Origin: Escherichia phage TrudiRoth
Sequence record: MZ501109
Strand: one strand, 5' to 3'
Length of the DNA: 64,000 nt
Shown: piece after piece, positions 1-10,816 of the stretch
How the letters are laid out: every line of letters begins with the position of its first letter
How positions within the stretch are numbered: position 1 is the first letter of the stretch
The notes under the pieces: generated by a model
The model's database searches: none
What the model was told of the DNA's origin: nothing
The model's input: only the letters and a program-made list of their open reading frames with translations
Program-made: the position numbers and the translations under genes

Positions 1-84
1 ATAAGCATATCCAAACCAGCAATACAGGTAGCTACTCCAGCATTATACCCAGCATTCCACTGCTCCATGAGCATATTTTCTAAA

Positions 85-288
85 TTACTTTTTAGATTCT
101 GATTCAAGAAGTCCATAAAGTTTTTCCTCCAATTCCATAATACGATTTTCGTAAGAAGCACGCAGCTTCTCGATGGACAAAGCACGAACTGTAACTTCAT
201 CTGAATTGATCGCTAGCTGAGCTAGATCTTCTGTTTCCATACGTCCGTTGTAAATTAAGCGATATTTAAGATGTTTTACGTTTTTCAT
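85..288 (-). CDS. hypothetical protein
   Basis: 67-aa ORF downstream of nrdD on the same strand; no recognisable motif. Confidence 0.35.
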   Translation of the reverse strand: MKNVKHLKYRLIYNGRMETEDLAQLAINSDEVTVRALSIEKLRASYENRIMELEEKLYGLLESESKK

Positions 289-297
289 TCTTGTTCC

Positions 298-579
298 TTA
301 GTTCTGTACTGTAAATTCATTCTTATCACAGTGAGCATAATAATACCCATACATACGATAAATTTTCACAGCCTTAGTAGACCCCTTCGATTCTTCATAA
401 TCAATCCAGAGCCACTTGTCTTTACCTACATAATGTACCCGAAACTTCTTAACTTTCTTATCATTCCATGTTGCAACAACACGACGATAATCAAATCCGC
501 CCAACCAATCTAGAGCCTTACGTTCTTCACTAGGCTCTCCAAGATGGGAAACATCTACTTTTGGAAGCAATTCGCTCAT
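298..579 (-). CDS. hypothetical protein
   Basis: 93-aa ORF co-oriented with nrdD; no radical-SAM CxxxCxxC motif, so not an NrdG activase. Confidence 0.4.
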   Translation of the reverse strand: MSELLPKVDVSHLGEPSEERKALDWLGGFDYRRVVATWNDKKVKKFRVHYVGKDKWLWIDYEESKGSTKAVKIYRMYGYYYAHCDKNEFTVQN

Positions 580-677
580 AGCTTTCTCCTCTCAAATTTA
601 TAAATCAATTATACATAAGTTTTAGTTCGAAAGCAAATAAAATAAAAGCCAGGTCGACTAGCAACCTGGCTGATTCA

Positions 678-2552
678 TTATTTAGCGCGAATGTCTTGAT
701 GTTTCACTCGACCCATAACCTCATGTTGTTTACCTGGGTTAAACGGACGAGCACCTGGATTTCCAAGATATCCACAAACTCGACGAGTTACCTCAAGAGT
801 CTCAGGATCATGGTTGCCACAAATAGGGCATTTGAAACCATCCTCAGAAGCTATAGTTTCACCCAAGAACCCACATTCCCCACAAGAGTCTACTGGAGTA
901 TTAATACCGAAGTAATGAACTTTACTTGCAGCATAGTTAATAACCCATTCCAGTGCATCAGGGAATCGTTTCATATCCGGTAATTCCACATAGGAAATGC
1001 ACCCACCAGAAGCAATAGGAGTAAAGTTAGACTCATAATCAAACTTCACATTTGGAGCAACCTTACGTTCTACATCAAGGTGATGGGAATTAGTGTAATA
1101 TCCTTTAGCCAGAATATCTTCATGCTCTGGGAAATACTCACGGTCTAGGCGACAGAAGCGATCACATAGAGATTCAGATGGTGTAGCATACAGACTATAC
1201 CCTAATTGAGTCTCTTCCTTCTTCTGATCAGCACGATCACGCATGTATTGTAGCACACGTTGAACGAACTTGATACAAGACTCAGACATTGTATCTACAT
1301 CTTTACCAAACATGAGTTGCAACATTTCGTGGCAGCCAATATATCCTAGGGATACAGAAGCACGCTTGTAGAAATGATCAAACACATATTCATCTGGCCC
1401 CAGACGTAATCCAAAGGCTCCTGACGTATAGAGGATGGGCGCAGCTTTAGCTTGAATGTATTTTAAGCGATCAACCCTCCACTCCAATGCTTTTAACGCG
1501 GTATCCACACGCAGCTCAAGCAGATCGAAGAATAGATCAATATTTCCTTCCGCTTCGATAGCGATTCGAGGAAGGTTTACGGAAACAACGCCTAAGTTGT
1601 TACGACCAGAAGTTTCACCATCTTCCGCAGCAGCCAGGAATGAACGACAGCCCATAGAGACTTTGTAGTCCCCCGTAACTTCTACAACCTTATCATAACT
1701 GATGTAGTCAGGATACATACGTTCAGCAGTACATTTCATAGCTAACTTCTTGATATCATAGTTAACATCACCAGGTTTCATGTTTACGCCCTCACGCAAA
1801 ACAAATACCAGTTTAGGGAAGATAGCTGTACGTTTATTGATACCCAAACCATCCATACGTACTTCTAGTATTGCTTTCTGTACAAGACGTGCTTCCCAAG
1901 AAGTTCCTAGACCAAAACCAAAGGTAATAAACGGACTTTGACCATTAGAGTTGAACATCGTATTGATTTCATACTCCAGGCCCTGACAGGCATCGTAAAC
2001 TTCTTTCTCAGTCATTTCCGTAGCCATTACAGATGCTTTAGCTTCATCCTTAGTCCAACGCTTTGCAAACGCATGATTCTTATCATAAGACTTACGAACA
2101 TAAGGAGCCAATACTTCATCTAATCGGTCTACAGAAGTACCCCCATATTGATGTGAACTAACCTGAGTGATAATCTGAGCTGTGATAGCAGCCGCAGTAG
2201 TAATAGAGTTTGGTGTACTGATTTCAGCATTACCAACCTTCATACCATTCTTCAACATATCTTCCAAAGCAACCAGGCAACAGTTAGTCATACCTAACGC
2301 AGCGTAATCAGCATCATGGAAGTGAATATCACCAATCATGTGAGCATTTCGAATCTGGATTGGCATTTCTTCCAGAATCAGATATTTACTCAATTCCCCT
2401 GCAAGCATATCCCTTTGTGTAGGGAAACGTTCTGAGGGCTTATTGGCATTATTAAACAGCAGCTCTTCATCTGCTGAACCTTCGATAATTTCTTTGCAGT
2501 TTCGAATCAAGGACTGCATTCCTTTATACTTTAGTTCTTCATTGCGATTCAT
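678..2552 (-). CDS. nrdD: anaerobic ribonucleoside-triphosphate reductase (class III, glycyl-radical enzyme)
   Basis: 624 aa; C-terminal glycyl-radical motif RVCGYLG and Cys-rich zinc ribbon (CGECG...CPICG). Confidence 0.9.
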   Translation of the reverse strand: MNRNEELKYKGMQSLIRNCKEIIEGSADEELLFNNANKPSERFPTQRDMLAGELSKYLILEEMPIQIRNAHMIGDIHFHDADYAALGMTNCCLVALEDMLKNGMKVGNAEISTPNSITTAAAITAQIITQVSSHQYGGTSVDRLDEVLAPYVRKSYDKNHAFAKRWTKDEAKASVMATEMTEKEVYDACQGLEYEINTMFNSNGQSPFITFGFGLGTSWEARLVQKAILEVRMDGLGINKRTAIFPKLVFVLREGVNMKPGDVNYDIKKLAMKCTAERMYPDYISYDKVVEVTGDYKVSMGCRSFLAAAEDGETSGRNNLGVVSVNLPRIAIEAEGNIDLFFDLLELRVDTALKALEWRVDRLKYIQAKAAPILYTSGAFGLRLGPDEYVFDHFYKRASVSLGYIGCHEMLQLMFGKDVDTMSESCIKFVQRVLQYMRDRADQKKEETQLGYSLYATPSESLCDRFCRLDREYFPEHEDILAKGYYTNSHHLDVERKVAPNVKFDYESNFTPIASGGCISYVELPDMKRFPDALEWVINYAASKVHYFGINTPVDSCGECGFLGETIASEDGFKCPICGNHDPETLEVTRRVCGYLGNPGARPFNPGKQHEVMGRVKHQDIRAK

Positions 2553-2802
2553 TATACCCTCCTTCTCTAACTAAGACTACTATTATAACTCATTCGAAGG
2601 CGGATGTCAACAATATTTTACTATAAAGTTCTGTAACATGATCTGAGTCAAAAAATTTTATTTGCCAACCTCTACTAAAAATAGTATAATCACGCATCCG
2701 TGTACGCGATATAAAATGATTATCTAGTACCATACATCTCCCAATAAAAGCAAGCAAATTTTTTATTTAAATGCAATATCATAGGCTTATTTAAAATTGT
2801 AG

Positions 2803-2831
2803 TTGCTTTCTCCCGTATATATTGGTATAAT
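2803..2831 (+). promoter_or_regulatory. sigma70-type early promoter
   Basis: -35 TTGCTT, 17-bp spacer, -10 TATAAT upstream of phoH. Confidence 0.6.
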
Positions 2832-2904
2832 ATATTTGTAAGTTGATAAACAAGATCTTTTTGTTGATCCTCTGTTAGCGAAGTACACTATAGGAGTGTT
2901 ATTT

Positions 2905-3657
2905 ATGGGAAAAGCACGTCAAAAAAGAGAGAACCGCAATGGTTCAAGAAAGCGTGGCAACAAGTATGAGAGTAACGTAATTCAAGCAGATTTCTCTGGT
3001 GATTACGCCAATCCAGTTGCTAAATCCCTAGTTGGTAAAAACCGTGAGCAAAAATCATATATCAATATGATCAAGAACAACACAGTGACTGTGGGTATTG
3101 GTGAACCAGGTACTGGTAAAACCTTTATTCCGTCCGTTCTTGCAGCTCAGGAACTCGTAGACATTCACTCAGATATTGAGCAAGTGATCCTCGTGCGTCC
3201 GAACGAACCTCTAGGTAAATCTCTTGGTATGCTCCCAGGTGATCTGGCAGAAAAGCTAGAGCCTTGGTTGGAACCAATAACCGATGGTATGAAATGGGCA
3301 ATCGGTGATCACGCCTACAAAGGATATGTCGAACGTCAGAAAATTAAATTCCTGGCTATCGAACATGCCCGTGGCCGAACTTTCAACAACTCCTATGTAA
3401 TTGTCGATGAAGCTCAGAATATCTCCGTTGAAGCAATGATCTGTCTCCTGACTCGTGTAGGACAAGATTGTCGTTTAATTATCTGTGGGGATATAGCTCA
3501 GAAAGACATCAAGGGTGATTCAGGTCTAGCACTTCTTATGGAAGTCTATGAGAAGTACGAAAACTCTCCTTTCTCTATGATCGAACTGATCGACAACGTT
3601 CGCTCACCAGAGTCTAAAGCATTCTACGATATCTTTAAGGATATGGGGAAGGTGTAA
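2905..3657 (+). CDS. phoH: PhoH-like ATPase
   Basis: Walker A GEPGTGKTF and Walker B VIVDEAQN; ORF opens at GTG 2896, ATG 2905 follows RBS TAGGAG. Confidence 0.85.
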   Translation: MGKARQKRENRNGSRKRGNKYESNVIQADFSGDYANPVAKSLVGKNREQKSYINMIKNNTVTVGIGEPGTGKTFIPSVLAAQELVDIHSDIEQVILVRPNEPLGKSLGMLPGDLAEKLEPWLEPITDGMKWAIGDHAYKGYVERQKIKFLAIEHARGRTFNNSYVIVDEAQNISVEAMICLLTRVGQDCRLIICGDIAQKDIKGDSGLALLMEVYEKYENSPFSMIELIDNVRSPESKAFYDIFKDMGKV

Positions 3658-3658
3658 T

Positions 3659-3901
3659 ATGGGAAACGTCGTACATCTGCACCGCAAAACTAAGATCCAC
3701 CGTACTTCACTGAGCGCTGCTAATATGATTACACGTAAGGAAGGGGAAGAAAGTCCTAAGACTACCCTAGCGTGGAAAATTGTAGCCTCTAATCCAAATC
3801 GGCCTTTCAACTATAATGAACTGAGTACTTCTATAGACATTCTTATGGCTAAGGAAATACAACAGAAACTAACTGATATGACCGATAAACTTAAATGGTA
3901 A
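3659..3901 (+). CDS. hypothetical protein
   Basis: 80-aa ORF start-coupled to phoH stop, followed by terminator hairpin. Confidence 0.4.
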   Translation: MGNVVHLHRKTKIHRTSLSAANMITRKEGEESPKTTLAWKIVASNPNRPFNYNELSTSIDILMAKEIQQKLTDMTDKLKW

Positions 3902-3908
3902 GACAGAC

Positions 3909-3941
3909 GAGCCTGGGTATGAAAATATCCGGGCTCTTTTT
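3909..3941 (+). terminator. rho-independent terminator
   Basis: Stem GAGCCUGG/CCGGGCUC followed by UUUUU. Confidence 0.65.
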
Positions 3942-4024
3942 ATCTGTAAAATTGTACTTGCAAAATGACCCAAAACAAAGTAGAATATTTCCTAAATCCT
4001 GATAACTACAAAAAGGAAAGCCAA

Positions 4025-6358
4025 ATGAGCCATCGTATCGAAAAAGTAATTAAACGTGACGGTACTGTTCAGGACTTTGCTCCTGAAAAACTCAATGATT
4101 GGGCTGCATGGGCATGTAAAGATACTGACGTAAGTTGGTCTGCCGTAGTTATGGCTGCCCTGAAAAATCTACCCAAAGGTGTTGTAGACTCCGATACACT
4201 CCAAGATGTGTTAATTAAAGCCGCTGAAGGTCTTATCAAAGACAACCCAGCATATGATACTGTAGCAAAGGAATTACGTCTTGCGCAGATGCGTAAACGC
4301 CTATATGATTCTTTTGAACCTCCTTCTCTGCGTTTCTTCCACGATCATATGGTTCGTGTCGGCGCTTGGGAAGACATGAGTGCATGGATTAGCGATGATC
4401 AGTTTGAAGCTCTGAACCAAGTTATTGATCATGATCGTGATCGTTTATTCACCAGTGGTGGACTGAAACAGTTCTTCGACAAGTATTCCCGTCGTAATAT
4501 TGCAACTGGTGAAATTTATGAAACCCCGCAGTTTGCCTACATGGGTATGGCAATGGCGATGTTATCTCAACCTAACTGGACAATTCTCGATGCAATCGAC
4601 CTCTACAACGCAATGTCACTCCATAAAATCAACGTGCCGACTCCACCTCTCGTGGGTCTTAGGAGCAGCGACCGCGGTTTTGCTTCTTGTTGTCTTGTTG
4701 ATAGTACTGATACCCTCGATTCAATCGACACAGCCGAGCACATCGTCTTCAAAATGGTCGCAGCCAGAGCGGGAATCGGGTATCATCTTGAAAGCCGATC
4801 AATTGCTGATCCGGTGCGAAATGGGGCATTCCCGCATTCCGGAAAACTGCCATATTATCGACACATTGACCGATCAGTAAAAGCTAACACTCAGCAAACC
4901 CGTGGTGGTTCTGCTACTGTGTCTTACCCATACTTCGATCCTGAAATCATTCAGTTGATGCAGGTTAAGCAGCAACGTGCTACAGACGAGAATAAAATCG
5001 ATAAGATGGATTACTCTCTGAGCTTTAACAACCTTCTGTTAAAACGTTACCTGAAAAATGAAGATATTACGCTAATGTCCTACTTCTACGCACCAGAAGT
5101 TCATGAAGCGTTTTATGGCGAAGATGAGGCTAAGTTTGAAGAAATCTACGTGGCAGCGGAGAAACGTGTGGCATCTCTTACAAAGATCGACCACGAAGGA
5201 AAAACAATTCCAGCAGCTCCTAGAATCTCTGCAAAAGAAATCCTAGATACTTGGTTACGTATCCGTATGGAAACAGGGCGTATGTATGCTCATCACATTG
5301 GTGAATCTAACCGTCATGGTAACTTCCTTGACCCGATTCGTATGACCAACCTTTGTGTTGAAATTACTCAGCCAACCCGTCCATTCCATCACATTACGGA
5401 GCTGTATAAGACCCAAGATCAGTTAGACGATATGCGTCCAGAGGACATTGGTGAAGTATCTCTGTGTAACTTAGGTGGTGTTGTACTAGGTCGCATGGAA
5501 TCTCTGGCTGAATGGGAGAAAACTTGCTACATCCTTCTGAAATTCGTTGATACAATCATCGAGATTCAGGATTATCCATTCCCAACCATGGAATACACGG
5601 CTAAGAAACGTCGTAACGTTGGTATTGGTCTGATGAACGCAGCAGGTGCAATGGCAGCAGAAGGTTTGGCTTACGAAGGTGTTGAAGCACGTAACTGGAT
5701 TCACCGTGAAGCTGAAAAGCTGTCCTACTTCCTGCACAAAGCCTCTGTACGTCTGGCCAAAGAACAGGGTGCATGTGACTGGTTTAATCGTACTAAGCCT
5801 TCACAAGGAACTCTGGTAATCGACACGTATAAGAAAACTGTTGATGAACTGGTAACTGTAGGTCTAGAAATGGATTGGGAATCTCTACGTGCAGATATCC
5901 TGAAATATGGTATGCGTAACTCCGTTCTGACTGCTCAGATGCCGGGTGAAAGTTCCTCTGTACTGCTAGGTGTTACTAACTCTATTGAACCGCCTCGTAA
6001 GATTGTATCTATCAAGGGTAGTGCAGTGAATAAAGTAATTGCAATTGCTCCAGGTGCAACTGATTGGGATACATTAATGAGCTATAAACTGGCTTATGAT
6101 GTAGATCGTATCGAGTGGATCAAATGGGTAGCAACCATGCAGAAATTCTTCAGTCAGTCTATAAGTACGAATATGTACTATGACTACACCAAGTTTGAGA
6201 ATGAAATTATTCCTGGCCCAGTAGTAGTTCGTGACTTCATGACTGCTGTTAAGTACGGTTGGAAAACTTTCTACTATGCAAACTTTAACACCGAGAATGG
6301 TGGTGGTGCAGGGGAAGAAACTGCTGCTGGATGCGCATCAGGTGGTTGTAACCTGTAA
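4025..6358 (+). CDS. nrdA: ribonucleotide reductase class Ia large subunit
   Basis: ATP-cone-like N-terminus (KRDGTVQDF), NLCVEI active-site loop, C-terminal Cys pair; ORF opens at 3965 but ATG 4025 has RBS AAGGAAA and matches the NrdA N-terminus. Confidence 0.9.
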   Translation: MSHRIEKVIKRDGTVQDFAPEKLNDWAAWACKDTDVSWSAVVMAALKNLPKGVVDSDTLQDVLIKAAEGLIKDNPAYDTVAKELRLAQMRKRLYDSFEPPSLRFFHDHMVRVGAWEDMSAWISDDQFEALNQVIDHDRDRLFTSGGLKQFFDKYSRRNIATGEIYETPQFAYMGMAMAMLSQPNWTILDAIDLYNAMSLHKINVPTPPLVGLRSSDRGFASCCLVDSTDTLDSIDTAEHIVFKMVAARAGIGYHLESRSIADPVRNGAFPHSGKLPYYRHIDRSVKANTQQTRGGSATVSYPYFDPEIIQLMQVKQQRATDENKIDKMDYSLSFNNLLLKRYLKNEDITLMSYFYAPEVHEAFYGEDEAKFEEIYVAAEKRVASLTKIDHEGKTIPAAPRISAKEILDTWLRIRMETGRMYAHHIGESNRHGNFLDPIRMTNLCVEITQPTRPFHHITELYKTQDQLDDMRPEDIGEVSLCNLGGVVLGRMESLAEWEKTCYILLKFVDTIIEIQDYPFPTMEYTAKKRRNVGIGLMNAAGAMAAEGLAYEGVEARNWIHREAEKLSYFLHKASVRLAKEQGACDWFNRTKPSQGTLVIDTYKKTVDELVTVGLEMDWESLRADILKYGMRNSVLTAQMPGESSSVLLGVTNSIEPPRKIVSIKGSAVNKVIAIAPGATDWDTLMSYKLAYDVDRIEWIKWVATMQKFFSQSISTNMYYDYTKFENEIIPGPVVVRDFMTAVKYGWKTFYYANFNTENGGGAGEETAAGCASGGCNL

Positions 6359-6366
6359 TAAAAACA

Positions 6367-6392
6367 AGGAGATCTTCGGGTCTCCTTTTTCT
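6367..6392 (+). terminator. rho-independent terminator after nrdA
   Basis: Stem AGGAGAUC/GGUCUCCU, loop UUCG, U-run. Confidence 0.7.
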
Positions 6393-6404
6393 TTGAAATT
6401 TTAC

Positions 6405-6433
6405 TTGCTAATCGCTACCAGATTTGCTATAAT
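6405..6433 (+). promoter_or_regulatory. sigma70-type early promoter
   Basis: -35 TTGCTA, 17 bp, -10 TATAAT upstream of the HNH gene at 6460. Confidence 0.55.
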
Positions 6434-6459
6434 ATCTCCATTAGTTAAGGAGATTAGTT

Positions 6460-6975
6460 TTGATAACACAAGATGAATTAAAAAGGATTCTGGAGTATAA
6501 TCCAGATGAAGGAACATTTACTTGGTTAAATAACCAAGAAGTACACAATAAAGTAAGAGGACTACCTGCTGGTTGTTTAAAACCCCACTCAGTAGATCCT
6601 AACCGAAAAGACTTAGTAATACAAATCAATGGTAAGAAATATCCTGCACAAAATATTGCTTTCCTGTACATGACAGGAAACTTACCTAAAGTTATGGTTG
6701 ATCATATAGATGGAGATTCACTAAACTATAAGTGGACTAATCTAAGAGAAGCAGACTGGCAGTTAAATAGTCAAAATAGAAAAACCAGTAAAAACAATAT
6801 ATTGGGTACTAAGAATATTCGGAAGAAAGGGTCTGGATTTCAAGTTAGAAAATCCATTAACGGAAAAGAATACGTGAAAACTCTTCCAACTCTCGAAGAG
6901 GCGATAGAGTATCGAGATTCTTTAATCCTCTCTATAACCAAAGACCCAACACTACTTAGAAACACAGATAAATAG
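6460..6975 (+). CDS. HNH homing endonuclease with AP2-like DNA-binding domain
   Basis: TTG start after AAGGAG; motifs AFLYMTG, DHIDGD, NLREA and GSGFQVRKSINGKEY; free-standing between nrdA and nrdB; paralog of 28736, 39902 and 42058. Confidence 0.7.
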   Translation: MITQDELKRILEYNPDEGTFTWLNNQEVHNKVRGLPAGCLKPHSVDPNRKDLVIQINGKKYPAQNIAFLYMTGNLPKVMVDHIDGDSLNYKWTNLREADWQLNSQNRKTSKNNILGTKNIRKKGSGFQVRKSINGKEYVKTLPTLEEAIEYRDSLILSITKDPTLLRNTDK

Positions 6976-6983
6976 GAGAACTA

Positions 6984-8129
6984 ATGACAACTTTACTTAA
7001 CTTAAACTGGGATCATACCAATAAAGATCTATTTCTCGGTGATTCTCTTGGTATTGCAGATTATGTACGAGTAGCTCATCCAGAGCTAGAAAGGCTGGCG
7101 TTATTAGCTCGCTCTCAATTCTGGACTGAAACTGAAATCAGTCTGGAAGCTGATAAGAAACAATGGCCAAACCTTCCGCGTGATATTCAGGAAATTACTC
7201 TCCTGAACTTAGCATGGCAGACCCAAACAGATTCTTTCATTAGCCGTGCTCCTGAAGCAGCTATTATGCCGCTTGTAAGCCGTCCTGAATTGGAGGGTAT
7301 GCTCAAGCAGTGGAGCTACTTCGAAGATCTGCATAGCCGTGCATATAGTAACATTATTCGTAACGTTCTGACTGATCCAGCAGAATTTATTGATTCTGTA
7401 ACTAAAAACCAAGAAGCATTTGCACGTATCGCAGATTCTGTTGAACTGTTTGATGAATTGTATCTGTTAGGTCAGTATTTCCTTGCAGTACGTGATCATC
7501 GTGGTGATAATACTTATCCAGAAACTGAGTTCCCTGAAGTTAAACGTGAAACTCAGGCTAAGCTGTTAGATGCTTACTTTGCAATCTACGGTCTGGAAGC
7601 AATGCAGTTCTACGCATCCTTTGCATGTACCTTTGCTCTAGCAGAGAACGATATTCTGCAAGGTATTGCCAAGAACCTGCAACTAATCGCTAAAGATGAA
7701 GCTCTACATACTCAAATGTCTAAAGCTATCATCCAGATTATGTTCCAGCAGTTTGATAAAGATCTGGTAGACGAAGCATTAGCTAAAGCACCAGCACAAC
7801 TCCTAAAAACTCTGAAAACTGAGATTGAATGGGGCCACTTTATCTTTAAAGGCCGCAGTCTGATTGGTTTGAACGCAGAATTGCTTGAAGAATACCTTTA
7901 CTTTGTAGGACGTAACGCATTTATGCACATTGGTGTAGAATGGCCAAGCCACTTACCTGTAATTACTAAGAACCCTATTCCGTGGATTATGAACTGGCTG
8001 GATACTACTTCCTTACAGCCTGCCCCACAAGAAATCCAGATTGGTGCAGCATATCGTGTGGGTCAGGTAACTGAAACTTCTGCTGATACCCTGAAAGATC
8101 TGGGTAACGAATTTGAGGGCATGTTCTAA
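6984..8129 (+). CDS. nrdB: ribonucleotide reductase class Ia small subunit
   Basis: 381 aa, helical di-iron fold signature, adjacent to nrdA, RBS AGGAGA. Confidence 0.85.
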   Translation: MTTLLNLNWDHTNKDLFLGDSLGIADYVRVAHPELERLALLARSQFWTETEISLEADKKQWPNLPRDIQEITLLNLAWQTQTDSFISRAPEAAIMPLVSRPELEGMLKQWSYFEDLHSRAYSNIIRNVLTDPAEFIDSVTKNQEAFARIADSVELFDELYLLGQYFLAVRDHRGDNTYPETEFPEVKRETQAKLLDAYFAIYGLEAMQFYASFACTFALAENDILQGIAKNLQLIAKDEALHTQMSKAIIQIMFQQFDKDLVDEALAKAPAQLLKTLKTEIEWGHFIFKGRSLIGLNAELLEEYLYFVGRNAFMHIGVEWPSHLPVITKNPIPWIMNWLDTTSLQPAPQEIQIGAAYRVGQVTETSADTLKDLGNEFEGMF

Positions 8130-8659
8130 TGATAGCAGCAATCTATGCAACTGGGCCGAATGGGGAGTTCGGCCTCAATGGTAAGCTCCCCTGGGGTTCT
8201 TTCAAAGAAGAACTAGATATCTTCTATACTACTTTGGATTCTCTAGCACCTGATAATATTATTGTAGGTGCAGGAACTTGGTTAGCCTTCCCTGAGACTC
8301 TGCAAAAAAGAATACTAGGAGATTCTGACCTATTTATTTATGCAAATAGATCACTACCTAACTCTGTAGGATCAGCTACACGCATAAGCAACATTGGATA
8401 CCGTCTGCCTGATTTTCTCAAGGAAGAGGTAACTGTAGTATTAGGGGGAGCAACTCTGCTTCTTGAAATGTATGTCAAAAATCATCTAGATATGGCGTAT
8501 ATCTCTACTATTACTTCAGCCACACCATTATCTGCTGATGTACATCTGCATCATCATATTACTTTAACTAATTCAATGGCAACTAGAATGGACTATGTGG
8601 CAGGACAGAATGCAGATAAAACGCTTTCATTCTTACAAGAATTGGTGATATTTAAATGA
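8129..8659 (+). CDS. frd: dihydrofolate reductase
   Basis: N-terminal [22 protein letters not shown] motif; start-coupled to nrdB and thyA. Confidence 0.8.
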   Translation: MIAAIYATGPNGEFGLNGKLPWGSFKEELDIFYTTLDSLAPDNIIVGAGTWLAFPETLQKRILGDSDLFIYANRSLPNSVGSATRISNIGYRLPDFLKEEVTVVLGGATLLLEMYVKNHLDMAYISTITSATPLSADVHLHHHITLTNSMATRMDYVAGQNADKTLSFLQELVIFK

Positions 8660-9510
8660 AGCAATATATTGAAACTGGAAAACGTATTCTTGAAGAGGGT
8701 GTATGGGTAACGAATCCTAGAACAGGGGTTCGTTGCCTAACCATTATTGATGCAGACTTTACCTTTAACGTAGGAGCAGGAGAACTGCCGCTAGTAACTA
8801 CTCGTAAAGCATTTGCTAAACAAGCAATAATGGAAATGATCGGATATCTCCGTGGGTACGACTCAGCAGCACAATTCCGCGCTATTGGTGTTAATACATG
8901 GAATGCTAATGCAAATGAAAATATTGCCTGGCTAGGTAATCCATTCCGTAAAGGCGAGGATGATATGGGACGAGTCTATGGTGTTCAAGGACGTCATTGG
9001 ACTAATTCTGATGGTATGGTATTTGATCAGTTAGCCAAAGTCTATCATAATTTGAAAAGAGGGATTGACGATCGTGGAGAAATTTTAACTTTTTGGAACC
9101 CTGGGGAATTTCGTAAAGGATGCCTACGTCCGTGTATGCATACCCATCAATTCTCTATTTTAGGTGATACACTATACCTAAACTCTTTCCAGAGGTCTAA
9201 TGATTTCTTGCTGGGCCAAGTATTTAATATGGTGCAATGCTATGCACTTCTAGCTATTATGGCACAGATTACAGGTCTTAAGCCAGGTATTGCTCGTCAA
9301 AAGATTATTAATCTTCATATCTATGAAGATCAGTATAATGTTCTGATGGAGCACAAGCAATTCGATCGTGAACCTTTTGCACCTCCTACTTTAGAAATCA
9401 ATCCAAATATTAGAACTTTGGATGATGTATTAACGTGGGTAAGTAAGGATGATTTTACTGTTCGTGGCTATGAACACCATCCTGCTATTGCATATCCATT
9501 TACGGTGTAA
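8656..9510 (+). CDS. thyA: thymidylate synthase
   Basis: 284 aa, catalytic [10 protein letters not shown] (PCH) motif, no intron interruption visible. Confidence 0.85.
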   Translation: MKQYIETGKRILEEGVWVTNPRTGVRCLTIIDADFTFNVGAGELPLVTTRKAFAKQAIMEMIGYLRGYDSAAQFRAIGVNTWNANANENIAWLGNPFRKGEDDMGRVYGVQGRHWTNSDGMVFDQLAKVYHNLKRGIDDRGEILTFWNPGEFRKGCLRPCMHTHQFSILGDTLYLNSFQRSNDFLLGQVFNMVQCYALLAIMAQITGLKPGIARQKIINLHIYEDQYNVLMEHKQFDREPFAPPTLEINPNIRTLDDVLTWVSKDDFTVRGYEHHPAIAYPFTV

Positions 9511-9558
9511 CATATATTAATTATACTATTATTTGTCATATTCTTTCTAAAACATTTT

Positions 9559-9867
9559 ATGGCCGATTATCCACTCCAAACACCATATATGCTAAAAAAG
9601 ACGCATAAAATAGGGTGGAAACTTCCATTATTAACCCATTCGCTAGTACATGCTGGATTAACATTTGCAATTCTAATCCTATTCACATCACCAGGAATGT
9701 CTATAGCTTTAGCTATTATGGAATTAATTCTACACTTTATTATAGATTATTGGAAAGCACAACGCTGTAAATACGCTATAAGCGATGCTAAGTTTTGGAT
9801 AGCTTTAGGATTTGATCAGTTACTGCATTATCTGACATACGCCCTAATAATCTTGATTATAATCTAA
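9559..9867 (+). CDS. small membrane protein
   Basis: 102 aa with three hydrophobic segments; terminator follows. Confidence 0.5.
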   Translation: MADYPLQTPYMLKKTHKIGWKLPLLTHSLVHAGLTFAILILFTSPGMSIALAIMELILHFIIDYWKAQRCKYAISDAKFWIALGFDQLLHYLTYALIILIII

Positions 9868-9872
9868 TTCAA

Positions 9873-9895
9873 ATAGCCCTTCGGGGCTATTATAT
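9873..9895 (+). terminator. terminator-like hairpin
   Basis: AUAGCCC-UUCG-GGGCUAU followed by AU-rich tract. Confidence 0.5.
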
Positions 9896-9965
9896 TTAAA
9901 TTTCATTTGCTTACTGAGTGAAATTCAAATATAATATACTTCTAATTTGACAGAAGGATTTAATA

Positions 9966-10544
9966 ATGACAGCCATAGTAGCATTTAAATATAAAGATAA
10001 AGTATACTTAGCCGGTGATCGTATGGGTTCTAATGGCTATACGAAACTGCTGGTTAAAAATCCGAAAGTATTCAAAATCTCTGATGATTTGTGCTTCGGA
10101 TACACTAGTTCCTTCTACATGGGACAATTACTAGAGCATAGCTTTACTGTACCACCACGTTTAGCAGATATTTCTGATGATAAATATTTATATACGGAAA
10201 TAGTACCTAAATTACGTGATATGTTTAACCAGAAAGATTTTGGCGAAAAGAAAAATGAAAAATATGCTGAACCTAATCTGGGACAATTTATTATGCTCTA
10301 CAAAGGAAGAATCTTTATTTTCCAATCTAATGCTTCTATTCTAGAAGTTGAATATGCCGGTGTAGGCTGTGGAGGAGAAGATGTACTTTCCAGTATTCGT
10401 ACAGGTTTAGCTATTGCGGATTGTCGAGCCACAGATTTAGATGTAGATGATATATTTGAAATCATTGATCTGGCTTTTACGCATTGTGCAGATTATATGT
10501 GTGGTGTATCTTCTCAACATGATATTTTAGTAATTGGAGAATAA
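9966..10544 (+). CDS. HslV/proteasome-like Ntn-hydrolase family protein (putative)
   Basis: N-terminus MTAIVAFKYKDKVYLAGDRMGSNG resembles HslV TTIV..AGD; AGVGCGG resembles the GSGG loop; RBS present. Confidence 0.5.
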   Translation: MTAIVAFKYKDKVYLAGDRMGSNGYTKLLVKNPKVFKISDDLCFGYTSSFYMGQLLEHSFTVPPRLADISDDKYLYTEIVPKLRDMFNQKDFGEKKNEKYAEPNLGQFIMLYKGRIFIFQSNASILEVEYAGVGCGGEDVLSSIRTGLAIADCRATDLDVDDIFEIIDLAFTHCADYMCGVSSQHDILVIGE

Positions 10545-10546
10545 AT

Positions 10547-10816
10547 ATGTCTATTCTTTTATCTGCTTTAGAAGCAAAACAAAATACTATTGCTAGCATT
10601 AAAAAGGAAGTAATTGACCTAGAATCACTTATTGCCGTAGAGATTGACAAAGCTATTAAAGATAAAGAATTTAATTGTCACATCCAGGGATTAACTGAAT
10701 ACTCAGAAAACGCTAGAAATAGCGTCATGCAAAAACTTAGCAAACTAGGTTATGTTGTAGAAGCTAAGTATGAACAGCGTGAAGGTTTTTGGCTTGAAAT
10801 TGATTGGAGCAAATAA
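10547..10816 (+). CDS. hypothetical protein
   Basis: 89-aa ORF start-coupled between neighbours. Confidence 0.45.
   Translation: MSILLSALEAKQNTIASIKKEVIDLESLIAVEIDKAIKDKEFNCHIQGLTEYSENARNSVMQKLSKLGYVVEAKYEQREGFWLEIDWSK

Noticed and set aside
6358-6984. Intron between nrdA and nrdB, or within thyA
   Set aside because: nrdA, nrdB and thyA are each continuous ORFs; the HNH gene at 6460 is free-standing with its own promoter and TTG start, and no ribozyme core was evident.
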